DNA from: an uncultured Planctomycetota bacterium
GTDB lineage: Bacteria; Planctomycetota; Planctomycetia; Gemmatales; Gemmataceae
Reading direction: 5' to 3'
DNA length: 64,000 nt
NCBI GenBank assembly: GCA_963849325.1
Contig: CAWKHF010000005.1
Coordinates: forward strand, 960,001-1,024,000
Shown here one piece after another: positions 42,025 to 51,510 of the stretch. Positions within the stretch are counted from its first letter, which is position 1. Each line of letters begins with the position of its first letter. Position numbers and translations under genes: made by a program. Below the pieces are notes generated by a model. That model ran no database searches. It saw only the letters and a program-made list of their open reading frames with translations, and was not told the origin of the DNA.

Positions 42025-43272
42025 ATGGATGCGAACAGCGACAAGGGGCCGCGGGTGGTGCTGGTTCACGACTGGCTGACCGGCATGCGCGGCGGCGAGA
42101 AGTGCCTGGAAGTGCTGTGCCGTCGTTGGCCGCACGCTCGGCTGTTCACCCTGCTCCACCGCCGCGGCTCCGTCAGCGCGGCCATCGAGCGCCTGCAGCC
42201 ACGCACCAGCTTTCTCAACTGCTTGCCCGAAAACCATCGCTATTATCGCTATCTGCTGCCGCTCATGCCGGCGGCGGTCACGAGTTGGCGCCTGCCGCCG
42301 TGCGACCTGGTGGTCAGCTTCAGCCATTGCGTCGCCAAGGCCATCCGTCCACGCCGAATAGGGACTAGGGACAAGGGACTAGGGACTAGGGAAGAGACAT
42401 GGTCCCTGTCTTCCCTAGTCCCTAGTCCCTTGTCCCTAGTCCCTATTCCTCACGTCTGCTACTGCTTCACGCCCATGCGTTACGCCTGGCACATGCAGAG
42501 GGCGTACTTCGGAGCGGATCGCGTCGGCGGCGTCAAGGCGCGGGCGCTGGAGCGCGTCCTGGGCTGGCTGCGCCAGTGGGACCGGCGCACCGCCGACGGC
42601 GTGACGCATTTTTTGGCCATCAGCGAGACGGTGCAGCGCCGCATCGCCGAGTGCTACGGCCGATCCAGCACGGTTATCTATCCGCCGGTCGATACCGACT
42701 TCTATCACCCGGCGGCCCTGCCGCGCGAGGAGTTCTACCTGGCCGTGTCGGCCTTCGCTCCGTACAAGCGGCTCGACCTGGCCATCCAGGCGTGCAACGC
42801 CCTGCGCCGGCCGTTACTGGTCATCGGCGCCGGCCAGGACGAGGCGCGTTTGCGCGCTGGCGGGACCGACGATTCACTTTCTCGGCTGGCAGCCCGACAC
42901 GGTTATCCGCGACCACCTGCGCCGCTGCCGCGCTCTCCTTTTCCCCGGCGAGGAGGACTTTGGCATCGTGCCGGTGGAAGCGCAGGCGTGCGGCGCGCCG
43001 GTGATCGCCTTCGGCCAGGGCGGCGCCACCGAGACGGTCATCCCTCCCGATCGCCGCCGCGAGCCGACCGGCATGTGGTTCGACGAGCAAACCGTCGAGT
43101 CGCTGGCGGAGACGCTCGCCTCCTTCGAGGCGCGCCGAGCGCCTTCTCGCCGTCGGCGGCTCGGCGTCAGGCTCTGCGTTTCAACGCTCCGCGTTTCGCC
43201 GACGAGTTGTTCACCTATCTCGACAACGTACTGCAACCGAGCGCCGACTCGACCCGCCGACGGGCGGCTTGA
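42025..43272 (+). CDS. Glycosyltransferase family 4; frameshifts near 42855 and 43135; carries an in-frame palindromic insertion
   Basis: VHDWLTGMRGGEKCL, CYCFTPMRYAW, YPPVD, YKRLDL, EEDFGIVPVEAQACG. Confidence 0.9.
   Translation: MDANSDKGPRVVLVHDWLTGMRGGEKCLEVLCRRWPHARLFTLLHRRGSVSAAIERLQPRTSFLNCLPENHRYYRYLLPLMPAAVTSWRLPPCDLVVSFSHCVAKAIRPRRIGTRDKGLGTREETWSLSSLVPSPLSLVPIPHVCYCFTPMRYAWHMQRAYFGADRVGGVKARALERVLGWLRQWDRRTADGVTHFLAISETVQRRIAECYGRSSTVIYPPVDTDFYHPAALPREEFYLAVSAFAPYKRLDLAIQACNALRRPLLVIGAGQDEARLRAGGTDDSLSRLAARHGYPRPPAPLPRSPFPRRGGLWHRAGGSAGVRRAGDRLRPGRRHRDGHPSRSPPRADRHVVRRANRRVAGGDARLLRGAPSAFSPSAARRQALRFNAPRFADELFTYLDNVLQPSADSTRRRAA
42356..42448. repeat. 93-bp heptamer-armed perfect palindrome, in-frame within the GT4 gene
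   Basis: 40-bp arms 42356-42395 and 42409-42448 are exact reverse complements; 13-nt loop. Confidence 0.95.
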
Positions 43273-43514
43273 ATGCAGGCGCGATGTCCGCGCTCCGGAG
43301 AATCGCCTCATCGGCAGGGGATTGCCTCTTTTTTGGCACGCGAATGCTCGAAAGTGCGTCCCGCCGCGTAAGAAAGGGAGGATCCTCGCTTAAGCGGCGG
43401 ACTCCGATCTGCTCTATCCCATCTTTTTTCCCCAAAACACCCAAATTGACAAGTCGGCATCTTATTTGCTCCCGCTTTGCCCGGAAAATGCGGAGTTTTC
43501 GGAAAAGTTTTTAC

Positions 43515-43543
43515 TTGCCCTTTTCCCGGTAAGTAATTACTCT
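43515..43543 (+). promoter_or_regulatory. Candidate sigma70 promoter upstream of the YTV-type gene
   Basis: TTGCCC-N17-TACTCT in an AT-rich intergenic tract. Confidence 0.4.
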
Positions 43544-43610
43544 TTTCTCTGTGTAACCCAGCTTACCCAAACTAACTAGTCTGTCGGCAACTCGAAAAGA
43601 AGGGGAGGCC

Positions 43611-44636
43611 ATGAAACGACTGCTTGTCGGTGTAGCGGGACTTGCGCTGTTGCTCCAGGTTCCGGGGATGGCGTCGGCTGCCCATCGGAGCCGGGGCGGC
43701 TGCTGCGCCCCGACGTGCGGGTATGGCGGCGGATACGGCGGCGTGCAGTATCAGGTGTCGTACCAGCAGGTCAAACAGGTCGTCCACGAATGCGTGCCGG
43801 TGACGGAGACCGTCCAGCAGCAATGCACGGTCATGGTCCCGCACACTCGGCAGGTCGAGCAGCAATGCACGGTCATGGTCCCGCAGTACCGAACCGTCCA
43901 GCAGCAGTGTACCGTGTACCAGTGCTCCTACGTGCAGAAGCAGATCCAGCGGACAGTCTGCGTGCCGGTCTACAGCACGGTCGCGCAGAAGGTCTGGCAG
44001 TGCGTGCCGTCGTATCAGAACGTCCAGGAACAAGTAACCGTCATGGTGCCGCAGATGACGCAACAGCAGCGGCAATGCACGGTGTACGTGATGAAGCCGG
44101 TCACGCAGGTGGTGCCCTGCCAGATCACCGTCTGCAAGCCGCAGCTGGTGCAACTGCCGCCCAGCTGCTGCAACCCCTGCGGCGCCACCATCTGCCAGAT
44201 GGTGCCGACCGTCGAGACCATCAACCGCACCGTGACTACCTGCGTTCCCGAGGCCGTCACCCACAACTACACGGTCAACGTCTGCACCTACAAGCCGACG
44301 ACCCAGACCGTGACGCGCCAGGTCTGCACCATGCAGCAGGTCGAAAAGACGATCCAGGTGCCCGTCTGCACGATGCAGCAGCAAGTGCAGACCTGCACGG
44401 TGAACGTGCCGGTGACGACCCCCGTCGTGCGGAACTACAACGTGCAAGTCTGTGAGATGGTGCCGACCGTGAAGAAGTACACGGTCAACGTCGTGGAGTG
44501 CGTGCCGACGCAGCGCACCATCAACGTGCAGGTGGTCCGCTATCAGACCGTGGCCCGCGAGATCACGGTCAACGTGCCGGTGGTCACCTGCGTGCCATGC
44601 CCGGTCGTCACCTGTGCGCCGGGGTGCGTGTACTAA
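43611..44636 (+). CDS. Secreted Cys/Val/Thr/Gln-rich repetitive protein (YTV-type)
   Basis: GGGGAGG RBS; signal peptide; 14-aa repeats CTVMVPHTRQVEQQ / CTVMVPQYRTVQQQ; YTVNV motifs. Confidence 0.85.
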   Translation: MKRLLVGVAGLALLLQVPGMASAAHRSRGGCCAPTCGYGGGYGGVQYQVSYQQVKQVVHECVPVTETVQQQCTVMVPHTRQVEQQCTVMVPQYRTVQQQCTVYQCSYVQKQIQRTVCVPVYSTVAQKVWQCVPSYQNVQEQVTVMVPQMTQQQRQCTVYVMKPVTQVVPCQITVCKPQLVQLPPSCCNPCGATICQMVPTVETINRTVTTCVPEAVTHNYTVNVCTYKPTTQTVTRQVCTMQQVEKTIQVPVCTMQQQVQTCTVNVPVTTPVVRNYNVQVCEMVPTVKKYTVNVVECVPTQRTINVQVVRYQTVAREITVNVPVVTCVPCPVVTCAPGCVY

Positions 44637-44659
44637 GCGCGAGCGGACAAGATGTTTGT

Positions 44660-44734
44660 CTCCGAGCCTGAAGCGTAAGCGAAGGGACGGCAACCGAAGG
44701 TTGTCGTCCCTTCGCTTACGCTTCAGGCTCGGAG
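44660..44734. repeat. Family B palindrome with internal CAACCGAAGGTTG hairpin
   Basis: Inverted arms between convergent genes. Confidence 0.93.
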
Positions 44735-44743
44735 GCGTTTGAC

Positions 44744-46175
44744 TCAAATCCAACGCTGTAACATCTCCTGCAGGACCGTGCTCCAGCTGTCGAGTGGGTC
44801 GTCGCCGATCACTTCGACGTTCGCATTATTCAGGACGGGGCGCGGGCCGTCGATGTGCAGGTGGTCCACCACGGTATCGCTGGCCTTCATCTCCCGCGGC
44901 CGGACGTCGATCAGAAGGGCATGGCACAGGCTGCGCCGCGCCCAGTTCGCGCAGAGGCTCACGATCGGCTCGGCCCCGATTTTCTCCAGCCGCACCGAGC
45001 CGTTGGCGATCTCGTCCATCAAGAGCGAGGCGAGCAAGTCGCGCTCGGCGGCCAGCGCGTCGTTGTCGCCCTCGGCGACGAACAGGAAGCGGAACGACAG
45101 GGCATCGGCGCTCAGCCACTCGGTCAGTTTGCGAACCGTCACGTACAGCAGGGCCAGCAAGAGGACGCCGCGCTGGAACTCCAGGCCGCGGTCCTTGAAG
45201 CGCGTCTGGTCCAGGTCGGGGTAGAGCACGAAGACGAAGGTCCGCCTTCGACGGAGGAACTGGTTTTCGTCCCGTGCGTAATAGAGCAGTTCGTCGCGCA
45301 CGAACTTGATGTCGAACAGGTCGGGGCGTTCGTCCTTCTCCATGTAGGCCGAGCTGGGAGTGCAGCAGACTCTCGACGCTGCCGCGCGTCGAGAGGGACG
45401 TGAAGCCGCCGACGGGATAGGTGTCCTCGTCGAGGATGCGCGTGGGCACTTCCTGGCGCTGCGCTTGGGGGCGGAGACGATGGCGCGGCAGGGTCGCCTC
45501 CAGCAGACCGGCGGCGCGCAACACCTGGCGCTCGGCCAATTGCTCGCCCTCCGGTTTGAGGGCGGTGCCGCGCTCCAACTGCGAGATGTCTTCCGCTCCG
45601 AGTATCTCGGCGGTTCGGCGGACGGCGGCAATCAGCATCTCATACTGCGGCACCAGCGCGGCTTGCAGTCCGTCGCGGCCAAGGGACTCGAAGCCGCGAG
45701 CATGCACTTCGTCGGGCGGTGTTTCCAGGACGGCCTTGATGACGCCGGGACTGAGGCGGACGCCGTCGAAGCCGGAACGCTCGGCGAACTGGCGGAAGAG
45801 GAAAGCCAGTCCGCGCGACTGCTTTCGTCCCTTGTAGCGCCGCAGGGCGTCGCCGGCCCGGCTGAACGTCCAGTCGGCGTAGAACTTGCCGAGGACGTGG
45901 TCCTCGTAGGTGCGCAGCAGGTTAACGGGCAGGGCCGGCACGGTGAGGACGTCGCGGACGGCGGGCGCTTCGTGGTCCTGGCCGAAGGCGACATGGCCGA
46001 GGTCGGCCAAAAAACCCGGCGGCGGCAGGTCGTGGCCGCTCGACGCGATCTCCAACGCCCATTCCAATACCTCGCGCACGTGCGCCGGACGCGGCGGCGT
46101 CACCCGCTGCCACCACAGGCCTTGCAGCAGGAAACGGCGGGCCTCGTCGGAATCGCGCAGTTCGTATCGACTCAT
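44744..46175 (-). CDS. Hypothetical protein; frameshift near 45350
   Basis: ORF 44826-46175 to ...ESLLHSQL joins AYMEKDERPDLF... in ORF 44744-45631; coding-like codon usage. Confidence 0.75.
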
Positions 46176-46196
46176 AATCCGCAGCCAGCCGTTCGA

Positions 46197-46262
46197 GTTT
46201 AGCCGCGACGCGCAGCGGAGCGCGGGCTTTTCCCGCGCTCCGCTGCGCAGTCGCGGCTAAAC
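46197..46262. repeat. Family A palindrome
   Basis: Same arms with one extra base in the right arm. Confidence 0.9.
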
Positions 46263-46476
46263 GAAGTTTCCGTCAGATGAATCCTTCCCATTCCCCCTCC
46301 TCGCATTATAACCGCCCATCCTCCCCGGTGGACCAGCTAGGCAGCACCACCCGCGCATTCCGCGCAACCCGCTTGTTCCGTATTGCGGTTAATTCCGTCA
46401 GCTCTTTCGTCCGATGAAGAGGATGATCCGCACCCGAAGTCTCGGCGTGGGGCGGTCTCGAATAGACGAGGGCGGC

Positions 46477-47478
46477 ATGAGCGTGAAGCGTATCGGCCTG
46501 AGCTGTCTGGTCGTGGCCCTCTGGGTCTCGGGCGTGGTCCAGGCCCAGGCGCCGGCCCTGCCCCCGAACGGTTCGGAGACGATGCCGCTGTATACGCCCG
46601 GTAGCGTGGATCAGCCGTCGCCCTACGCGGCCGTCCCTCCGGCGGCCGCCAGCGGGGCCGTCGGCGGCAGCACCTTCGCCAGCAGCGACGGCGGCCCGCC
46701 GCCGGCCGCGCAGCCGCCCGTTGTCCTGGGGCTGCCCTCCTCGCCTTATCTCAATTACATGCGTTCGCCCTGCTGCTGCGGCAAGGTCGGCTCCTGCGGC
46801 GGGCCGCTCGGCTACGAACTGTTCGTCCGCAGTGGTATCGCCTTCCCCATCGGACCCGGCATCTTCGAGAAGTACCTCCATCCCGGCTGGGACATCGAGG
46901 GCGGCGGCCGTCTGCTCTTCTTCGATCCCACCGTGACCAAGGCCTGGACCATCAGCCTGAGCGTCAGCAACATCTTCAACCGCACCGGAAACGCCAACCA
47001 ATCCTTTGAGATGTTCAACGTGCCGGTGCGAACGAGCATCACGGTCCCGGGGCAAACCAACGTCCCGGGGTCCGTCGCCGCAACCACGCCGGTGATCGCC
47101 AACGTGCCGCAGGTGACGGCGACCGTCAGCTCGCTCAACATGACGTTCGTCAACGTCGGTTTCGGCCGCGAGTGGTATCTGCTGGGCACGGCCAACCCCG
47201 GCCAGATGCAGGGCTGCAACTGGCGCGTCGGCTTCGACGGCGGCGGGCGTTACGGCTCGGCGATGGTGCAGTTCAACGAACTGCAGCATCACACCGACGT
47301 GGTTGGCGGTCTGTACGCCGCCATCCACAGTGACGTCGAATATCCCTTCCGCTGCGGCATCGTCCAGGCCGGCATCCGCTACGAGTACAACTACATCTGG
47401 ACGTCGCTGTTGCAGAGCCAGAACAACGGTGATTACCAGAGCATGAACCTGCTCTTCCAGATCGGCATGCGCTATTGA
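46477..47478 (+). CDS. Secreted protein, probable outer-membrane beta-barrel with Pro-rich N-terminus
   Basis: Signal peptide; alternating hydrophobic strands; aromatic C-terminus FQIGMRY. Confidence 0.7.
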   Translation: MSVKRIGLSCLVVALWVSGVVQAQAPALPPNGSETMPLYTPGSVDQPSPYAAVPPAAASGAVGGSTFASSDGGPPPAAQPPVVLGLPSSPYLNYMRSPCCCGKVGSCGGPLGYELFVRSGIAFPIGPGIFEKYLHPGWDIEGGGRLLFFDPTVTKAWTISLSVSNIFNRTGNANQSFEMFNVPVRTSITVPGQTNVPGSVAATTPVIANVPQVTATVSSLNMTFVNVGFGREWYLLGTANPGQMQGCNWRVGFDGGGRYGSAMVQFNELQHHTDVVGGLYAAIHSDVEYPFRCGIVQAGIRYEYNYIWTSLLQSQNNGDYQSMNLLFQIGMRY

Positions 47479-47595
47479 TGCGGAGGGCAAGCCGCGAATC
47501 CGCTGACAGAGCGCTTTCCGCCGGCCGTGGCCTGTCATGGAGGTCGCGAGACGGGTATACTGGCCAGTATGGATGCCAGCGGAGGAGAGTTGGAG

Positions 47596-47895
47596 ATGTT
47601 TACGCTGGATGCCATGCGGGCGCTGCTGAAAACACGGCCCTTCACGCCGTTCCGCTTGTGGCTGAGTGACGGCGGGCACGTTGACGTTCACAGTACGGAG
47701 CAAGTCTTGCCGGGGCGGCAATATGCCATTGTGGCTCTGCTCGATCCGGGCGCGATGGACACGGGTTTTGACCGGCACATAGTCCTCTGGTACATGCATG
47801 TCACGCGCTACGAGGCGTTGACCCCTGGCGCCGCGCCGTTCACCTCGCCGGGCGAGCCACCGTCCGGGACGCCCGCGCCGGCGGCCGGCAGCTGA
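47596..47895 (+). CDS. Small hypothetical protein (tandem paralog 1)
   Basis: GGAG RBS; MFTLDAMRALLKTRPFTPFRLWLSDGGH. Confidence 0.8.
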   Translation: MFTLDAMRALLKTRPFTPFRLWLSDGGHVDVHSTEQVLPGRQYAIVALLDPGAMDTGFDRHIVLWYMHVTRYEALTPGAAPFTSPGEPPSGTPAPAAGS

Positions 47896-47925
47896 CTCGG
47901 GTCCGCAGTCAGAGCGGAAAGGACG

Positions 47926-48225
47926 ATGTTTACACACGACGACATGCGGGCCTTGATTAGCACACGACCCTTCGCGCCGTTCCGTTTGTGGCTCAGCGAT
48001 GGTGGACACCTTGACGTCCGCAGTCCGGAGTTGGTCTTTCCGGGACGGCGCTATGCCATCGTGGGCTTACTCGATCCTAACGCGGCGGAACAACCCTACG
48101 ATCGCCATGCGACGGTCTGGTATATGCACGTCACGCGGTACGAGGTGTTGACCCCTGGCGCCTCGCCCTTCACCCCGCCAGGCGAGCCGCCGTCCGGGAC
48201 GCCCGCACCGGCGACCGGCAGTTGA
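47926..48225 (+). CDS. Small hypothetical protein (tandem paralog 2)
   Basis: Same 99-aa length as paralog 1 and aligns without gaps. Confidence 0.8.
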   Translation: MFTHDDMRALISTRPFAPFRLWLSDGGHLDVRSPELVFPGRRYAIVGLLDPNAAEQPYDRHATVWYMHVTRYEVLTPGASPFTPPGEPPSGTPAPATGS

Positions 48226-48231
48226 TCTTTC

Positions 48232-49239
48232 TCAGGCGGCCCGGCGTTTCGTCTGGGCATCGAGGTTGAGCGTGGCCCGCACCGTGTAGGCCGACTTGCC
48301 CTGGCTCTCGAAATAGGTGCCGCGTCAGCAGTTCGCCGAGCAGGCCCATCGAAATGAACTGCACGCCGACCAACTCCAGCATCACACTCAACAGCAGCAG
48401 CGGGTTGCCGGTCATGAACACCGGATGGCTGGCGAAATACTTCATCCACATCGTCGCCAGCAGACTGACCCCCCCCAGGCCCATCGACACCAGGCCGGCG
48501 GTGCCCAGGACGTGCATCGGCCGCGTCAGGTAGCTGTGCAGGAACTTCACCGTGATGAGGTCGAGCAGGACGCGGACGGTGCGCGTCAGGCCGTACTTGG
48601 TCTGGCCGGCGACGCGGGCGTGATGGCGGACGGGGACCTGCACGATGCTGGCGCCGTGCATCTGGGCCAGCACCGGCACGAAGCGGTGCATCTCGCCGTA
48701 CAGCGGCAGCGCCTCGGCCAGGTCGCGGCGCATGGCGCGCAGCGTGCAGCCCATGTCGCGGATGTGGACGCCGGTGACGGAGCGGATCAGCCAGTTGCCC
48801 ATCCAACTCGGCAGCTTGCGGACCAGGAAAGTGATCCTGGCGGTTGGCGCGCAGGCCGAACACGGCGTCGTGGCCCTCGTCGAGCTTGTCCAGCAGCATG
48901 GGGATGTCGGCCGGGTCGTTTTGCAGGTCGCCGTCCATGGTGACGAGCACGTCGCCGCAAGACCAGTCGATGCCGGCGCGGAGGGCGGGCGTCTGTCCGA
49001 AATTGCGGCGCAGTCGGACCACCTTGACGCGCGGGTCGGCCGCCGCCAACTCTTGCAGCACGGCGAAGGAGTCGTCCTTGCTGCCGTCGTCGATAAAAAG
49101 GACCTCGTAATCGCGCAAACGGGCCGGCCGATCACCGGCCAGGCACAGCGGATCGAGGGCGCGACGCAGCCGATCGTGCAGCGGCCGTAGGTTCGTCGCC
49201 TTCATCCTTGATCGGAATCACCACGGACAGCGTCTGCAT
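48232..49239 (-). CDS. Glycosyltransferase family 2 (ArnC/polyprenol-phosphate glycosyltransferase-like); several frameshifts
   Basis: MQTLSVVIP, IDDGSKD, RRNFGQT, MDGDLQNDP, GEMHRFVP, two C-terminal TM helices. Confidence 0.88.
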
Positions 49240-49252
49240 GAAAGACCTCCAT

Positions 49253-49373
49253 TCAGGGGTCAGGGGTCAGGGGTCAGGCTGCCGGCACCTGTTCTTCGAC
49301 CTCTGCCTCCTGATCGCTGACTCCTGACTCCTGATCGCTCACTCCTGACCCCGGACCCCTGACCCCTGACCCC
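49253..49373. repeat. Heptamer-armed element (TCAGGGG)n / (CTGACCC, CTGACTC)n overlapping the 3' end of the flippase-like gene
   Basis: Encodes GSGVRGPGSGVSDQESGVSDQE and the TGA stop. Confidence 0.85.
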
Positions 49374-50299
49374 TTCGGCTGAAAGCGCGGCGCCAGGCCG
49401 AAGAGATAGAAAAGTCCGCCGGCCAGGCTGGCGGCGGTGTAGACGGCGAAGATGAGCAGCGACAGCGTGACGGCCGACGCCGAGCTGACGCCCAGCGGGG
49501 CCAACAGCAGGACGGTGCCGCCCTCGCGCAGGCCCATGCCGTTGAGGCTGATGGGCAACAGCGTCAACATCGCCACCAGCGGCACCATGACGCCGTAATA
49601 CAGCGGCGGCACCGGCAAGCCCATGCCCTCGCCGATCAGCCACACCAGCACCACGTTGGCCAGCTGCACCACCAGCGACAGGGCGGTGATGAGGAACATG
49701 CCGCGACGGTCGCGCCGATACAGGTCGGCGCCGTCCAGCAAATGCGCCAGGCGTGGATGGGCCGGCAGCATCGAACGCAACAGGGGCAGGGCCGGCAGCG
49801 CCGCCAGGCCGAGCACGCAGGCGCCGCCCATGGCGGCCACGGTGGCCCAAATCCAGCCCGGCAACGCCGTCGGACAGCACAGTGTCGCCAGGCAGCCCAG
49901 ACCGATCAGCACCGCGAAGCCGTTGACGCGATCGGCCAGCACGCTGAAAAAGGCGGCCGTGCGCCGTCCCGTCGGCGGCGTCGGTCCCTCCAGTCGGCCC
50001 AGATACCAGGCGCGCACCACGTCGCCGCCGACCGAGGTGGGCAGGACGAGGTTGAAGAACATGCCGGTGAAGTAGTAGCTGAGGTAATCCCACCAGCGAC
50101 CGCCCAGGCCGAGCCGGCCAGCCAGGATCTGCCAACGCACGGCGCTGACGGCCTGCGCCAGCAGAAACAACGCCAGCGCCAGCAGCCAGTACGTCACGTC
50201 CAGCTGCGCGAAGGCCGCTCCCGCCTGCCGCCAATCGACGCGCCAGACGAGAAAGCCCACCAGGACGAGGCTGCCCAGCAGCCGCCAATACTTCTTCAC
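49274..50299 (-). CDS. Lysylphosphatidylglycerol-synthase-TM / flippase-like (UPF0104) membrane protein
   Basis: FFNLVLPTSVGGDVVR; LPISLNGMGLRE. Confidence 0.88.
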   Translation of the reverse strand: MKKYWRLLGSLVLVGFLVWRVDWRQAGAAFAQLDVTYWLLALALFLLAQAVSAVRWQILAGRLGLGGRWWDYLSYYFTGMFFNLVLPTSVGGDVVRAWYLGRLEGPTPPTGRRTAAFFSVLADRVNGFAVLIGLGCLATLCCPTALPGWIWATVAAMGGACVLGLAALPALPLLRSMLPAHPRLAHLLDGADLYRRDRRGMFLITALSLVVQLANVVLVWLIGEGMGLPVPPLYYGVMVPLVAMLTLLPISLNGMGLREGGTVLLLAPLGVSSASAVTLSLLIFAVYTAASLAGGLFYLFGLAPRFQPKGSGVRGPGSGVSDQESGVSDQEAEVEEQVPAA

Positions 50300-51312
50300 G
50301 GGACCTCCAGACTCCAGGTCAACGGCTCCGAGCCGGTCTGCAGGAAGGATGCGTGCTGCTCGTCCACCATGTCCAGGCGCAGTTCGTACCGCCCCGGACT
50401 GGCCAGTCCCGGAACGGCGATGGTCAGGTCGATGAATTCGCCCGGCGGCACGATGGCCTCGAACAGGCCGGCTTTGCCCTCGGCGACGCGCTGGTCCCTA
50501 TCGTTTAATAGCACGAAATTCAGGTGGATGCCGGCGTTGCTGCCCGGCCGCAAACGCCACGGCTTGATCGACGTGTTGTGACAGCGGACGTGCAGCGGTG
50601 TCGGCTGGCAAAGCCCCGGCCGCAGCGGTTGAGCGATCGGATGGAGCATCTCCAGCCGGCAGCGGCATTCGCCGGGACAGTAATCCTGTTCGACCCAGCG
50701 GCGGAAAGCGGCCGGCGTGTGAGTCAGACCGTGCGCCGTCAACCATTCCTGGTACAGATCGAAGAAGCGATCGATGTTGGCGGTGCGGCCCAGGGCGAGA
50801 TGGCCGAAGCGGAAGCCGAGCTGGCCGCGGGCCTCCTCCAGCGGTTTGTCGGTGCGCAGCAGCAGGGCGATGGCCGAGGCCATGCCGGTGCGGTCGGCGC
50901 CCTTGTGGCAGTGGAAGAGGATGGGGTATTCGCTGTGGTCGAGTACCTCGACGAACTGACGCAGGGCGATCGGCGACGGTAGCCGGGCTGCCGAGAAGCT
51001 GAGGTCTTCCTGCGACACGTCGTGGCCGTGCGTGACGCGGCTCTCGTCGAGATACCACGCTTCCGGATCGCAGCAGCCGCGTAGGTTGATTATCGTGCGG
51101 ATGTGCCGCGCCTGGAGAAACCGTTCCAGCGTGGCCGCCGGCAGCTGAGCGGAGCGGTAGACTTCGCCCGGAATGACGGTGTGGAAATTACTGCCAAGCA
51201 AGATGTAAGCAGCGTGGGCGGCGACGGCCAACAGCAAGCCGAGGAGGCAACCGCGCAAAAGGACCCGTCCCAGCGAAAGCCGGGGACGTGTGGCGACGGG
51301 GGAGTCTGTCAT
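50296..51312 (-). CDS. Membrane-anchored dual-specificity/tyrosine phosphatase with C-terminal Ig-like domain
   Basis: VYRSAQL, IINLRG, FHCHKGADRTG (CX5R). Confidence 0.88.
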   Translation of the reverse strand: MTDSPVATRPRLSLGRVLLRGCLLGLLLAVAAHAAYILLGSNFHTVIPGEVYRSAQLPAATLERFLQARHIRTIINLRGCCDPEAWYLDESRVTHGHDVSQEDLSFSAARLPSPIALRQFVEVLDHSEYPILFHCHKGADRTGMASAIALLLRTDKPLEEARGQLGFRFGHLALGRTANIDRFFDLYQEWLTAHGLTHTPAAFRRWVEQDYCPGECRCRLEMLHPIAQPLRPGLCQPTPLHVRCHNTSIKPWRLRPGSNAGIHLNFVLLNDRDQRVAEGKAGLFEAIVPPGEFIDLTIAVPGLASPGRYELRLDMVDEQHASFLQTGSEPLTWSLEVP

Positions 51313-51510
51313 GGGTCCATGCGCCTCCCTGTCCGTCCCGGGTCCGATCCGGGCGAAGGGCGGCATGATGCCAAATGTCCGGCGGCGCGGCTAGATCGAT
51401 TGAAGGGCTGAAATGCTGACCGTCCGCGGGCGAATAGCTTTCGAGGCGAACCTCTCTAAAATGCCGACGGCCTCCACTCGCGCGGACGCCTGCTCTCTGG
51501 AGATTCCCGC

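Noticed and set aside
43333-43348. TTGGCACGCGAATGCT as a sigma54 promoter
   Set aside because: Spacing is 9 rather than 10; it would fit only if an indel error is assumed.
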